From Planctomycetota bacterium (GTDB lineage Bacteria; Planctomycetota; GCA-002687715): a stretch of 64,000 bases of DNA. Both the position numbers and the translations under genes were made by a program. The notes beneath the pieces were generated by a model. The model saw nothing but the letters and a program-made list of their open reading frames with translations. It ran no database searches and had not been told where the DNA came from. The DNA lies in contig SIAO01000007.1 of the NCBI GenBank assembly GCA_009691765.1, positions 5,348 to 69,347 on the forward strand. Reading direction: 5' to 3'. Positions 60,816 through 64,000 of the stretch are shown piece by piece (positions within the stretch are counted from its first letter, which is position 1; the number at the start of each line of letters is the position of its first letter).

Positions 60816-62123
60816 ATGCAGACACGAGTCGTGAAATCCGAGCCATGCAGTCGCGAGATTGAAGTGACCGTGGCTGAAGAGGCCATCAAAGGGGCCTACC
60901 AGCGCTCCATGAACGAGGCCCGCGCGCAGGTCGCCATTCCTGGCTTCCGTACCGGCAAAGTGCCGCTGAGTGTCATCGAGAAGAAATTCGGGGAGCAGTT
61001 GCGCCACGACGTGCTGCACGACCTCATTCGAGACGGCGTTGATTCTGCAATGAAGGAACACGCTGTCGAAGCCGTGAGCGAACCCCAACTGCTCGATCAA
61101 GAAGAAGGCTCACACCATCACAAGCTGCCCGAAGCAGGGCCCTTCATCTTCAGTTTCAAAGTGGAAGTGAAAGCGGAGTTCGATCTGCCTGAGTACAAAG
61201 GCGTCCAAGTCACGCGCAAGCTCGAACCCGTGACCGACGCCAACGTGGACGAAGTGCTGCAACGCTTGCGTGAGCGCGCCGCGCGCTACGAGCCCGTGGA
61301 AGCTGGCGGCTACATTGCGGGCGATCTCGTCCTCGGCACCCTGACGCTGAAGGCAGGAACCGAGCTGGTCTGCGAGAACCTCGATGTCCAAGCCATCGCG
61401 GAGTATCCCGTGGTGGCACGTGGTGTGCGCCTCGTTGATGCCGACACCGTGTTCGCGGCAGCATTACCCGGGGCCACATTGGAAATCAGCGCCGACATCA
61501 CCGAGACTCATGCGAAACCGGAACTGCGTGGCCAACGCGCGACGGGCCAGTTGCAGGTGACAGCACTACGCCGCAAGAATCAAGCCGAACTCAACGACGC
61601 CCTCGCCAAAGAAATGGGGCAAGAGTCGCTGGAAGCACTTTCCATTGACATCCGTACGCGGCTCGAAGCTGAGCACAAAGTGAAGAGCGAGCGGCAAGTC
61701 ATCACGGACATCTTGGAAACGCTGCTCACGCGCGTGGAAATCCCTGTGGCCAAAAGCCCCATCGACCGCATGATCGAACGTCGGGCGCAAGATCTCGCTC
61801 GCCAGTTGATCCAAGCTGGTGGCGACGCCACGAGTATCCTGAGCAAAGCGCGCGACCAGAGCGAAACGTCACGCGCCGACCTCGAACGCGACACACGGAA
61901 GTGGCTGCTGGTAGAAAAAATTGCGAAGAAAGAGAAGATCTTCTGCCTCGAGGACGACCTCGATGCGATGTACCAACGTGCTGCCGCAGAACACGACACT
62001 ACTCCTACGAAGGCTCGTGAGCACTATGAGAGCCAAGGACTTGTGGCTGAATTGCGCGCTGAAGTCGTCGAGCGGAAGTGCTGTGAATTCCTCAGCGCCA
62101 ACGCCAGAATTGCCGATGGTTGA
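60816..62123 (+). CDS. tig: Trigger factor
   Basis: IPGFRTGKVP ribosome-binding motif; upstream of clpP-clpX. Confidence 0.93.
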   Translation: MQTRVVKSEPCSREIEVTVAEEAIKGAYQRSMNEARAQVAIPGFRTGKVPLSVIEKKFGEQLRHDVLHDLIRDGVDSAMKEHAVEAVSEPQLLDQEEGSHHHKLPEAGPFIFSFKVEVKAEFDLPEYKGVQVTRKLEPVTDANVDEVLQRLRERAARYEPVEAGGYIAGDLVLGTLTLKAGTELVCENLDVQAIAEYPVVARGVRLVDADTVFAAALPGATLEISADITETHAKPELRGQRATGQLQVTALRRKNQAELNDALAKEMGQESLEALSIDIRTRLEAEHKVKSERQVITDILETLLTRVEIPVAKSPIDRMIERRAQDLARQLIQAGGDATSILSKARDQSETSRADLERDTRKWLLVEKIAKKEKIFCLEDDLDAMYQRAAAEHDTTPTKAREHYESQGLVAELRAEVVERKCCEFLSANARIADG

Positions 62124-62203
62124 GCAAGTGAATCAAGTGGCGGGCAAGCGCCTTGCCACCGCGACGTTCCGTTATCAGGAACACAGGAAAAGGGAGAGGG
62201 ACC

Positions 62204-62803
62204 ATGGACGCCAAGGCTGAGTACTACATCCCGTTCGTCATCGAAAAAACTGGCAGGGGCGAACGGCAGTACGACATTTACTCTCGCCTGCTCGAAGATC
62301 GCATCGTCTTCATCGGCACAGAAGTGACCGACGGGCTTGCCAACGCCATCATCGCGCAGCTCTTGTTCCTTGCGAAGGAAAACAAAAGCCAAGACATCAG
62401 TATCTACATCAACAGCCCGGGTGGCTCCGTCACCGCCGGCCTGGCGATCTACGACACCATGCAGTTCCTTCAGTGCCCCATCGCGACCTACTGCATCGGC
62501 CAAGCGGCGAGCATGGGTGCGGTGCTGCTCGCTGGCGGCACCGATGGCAAGCGTCATGCGCTTCCGAACGCACGCATCATGATTCACCAACCTTGGGGTG
62601 GCGCACAAGGCACAGCGTCCGACATCTTGATCCAAGCTGGCGAAATCGAACGCCTGAAGCAGAACTTGAACGGCATCCTCGCCAAGCACTGCAAGCGCGA
62701 GTTGGCGCAAGTCGTGCGCGACACCGACCGCGATTACTTCTTGTCAGCCGAGCAGGCCAAGGACTATGGTCTTGTGGATCACGTCGTGACCATCAAGAAG
62801 TGA
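62204..62803 (+). CDS. clpP: ATP-dependent Clp protease proteolytic subunit
   Basis: [32 protein letters not shown]. Confidence 0.97.
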   Translation: MDAKAEYYIPFVIEKTGRGERQYDIYSRLLEDRIVFIGTEVTDGLANAIIAQLLFLAKENKSQDISIYINSPGGSVTAGLAIYDTMQFLQCPIATYCIGQAASMGAVLLAGGTDGKRHALPNARIMIHQPWGGAQGTASDILIQAGEIERLKQNLNGILAKHCKRELAQVVRDTDRDYFLSAEQAKDYGLVDHVVTIKK

Positions 62804-62806
62804 CCT

Positions 62807-64000
<1,194 letters not shown>

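Overview
Gene-dense, GC-rich bacterial chromosomal window. It is probably from a Planctomycetota-like organism, inferred from a stand-alone mitochondrial-like EF-G, a Ser/Thr kinase relic and the style of the secreted proteins. Housekeeping genes include fusA, mdh, proC, ispDF, ruvC, trpS, ribE, trmD-rplS, secDF, tRNA-Gly and tig-clpP-clpX. Accessory loci are a glycan-modification cluster (GT2, GH3, epimerase, SxtJ-like, carbamoyltransferase, DUF5989-like, GT4), an RNA-modification cluster (RluA-methyltransferase fusion, chorismate mutase head-to-head with an RlhA-type U32 protein, a methyltransferase) and many secreted enzymes. Things the ORF track misses or does not explain: (1) a SelW/Rdx selenoprotein with an in-frame UGA and a SECIS-like hairpin; (2) a ~110-aa unnamed domain apparently shared by five secreted proteins; (3) tandem paralogs sharing a 238-bp near-identical tract; (4) four deletion-eroded gene relics; (5) an 82-bp hairpin-rich direct repeat at the tRNA 3' end; (6) recurrent -10 boxes just before start codons, suggesting leaderless mRNAs. 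No CRISPR array, transposase or integrase was seen. All assignments come from motif recognition by eye; no database searches were run.
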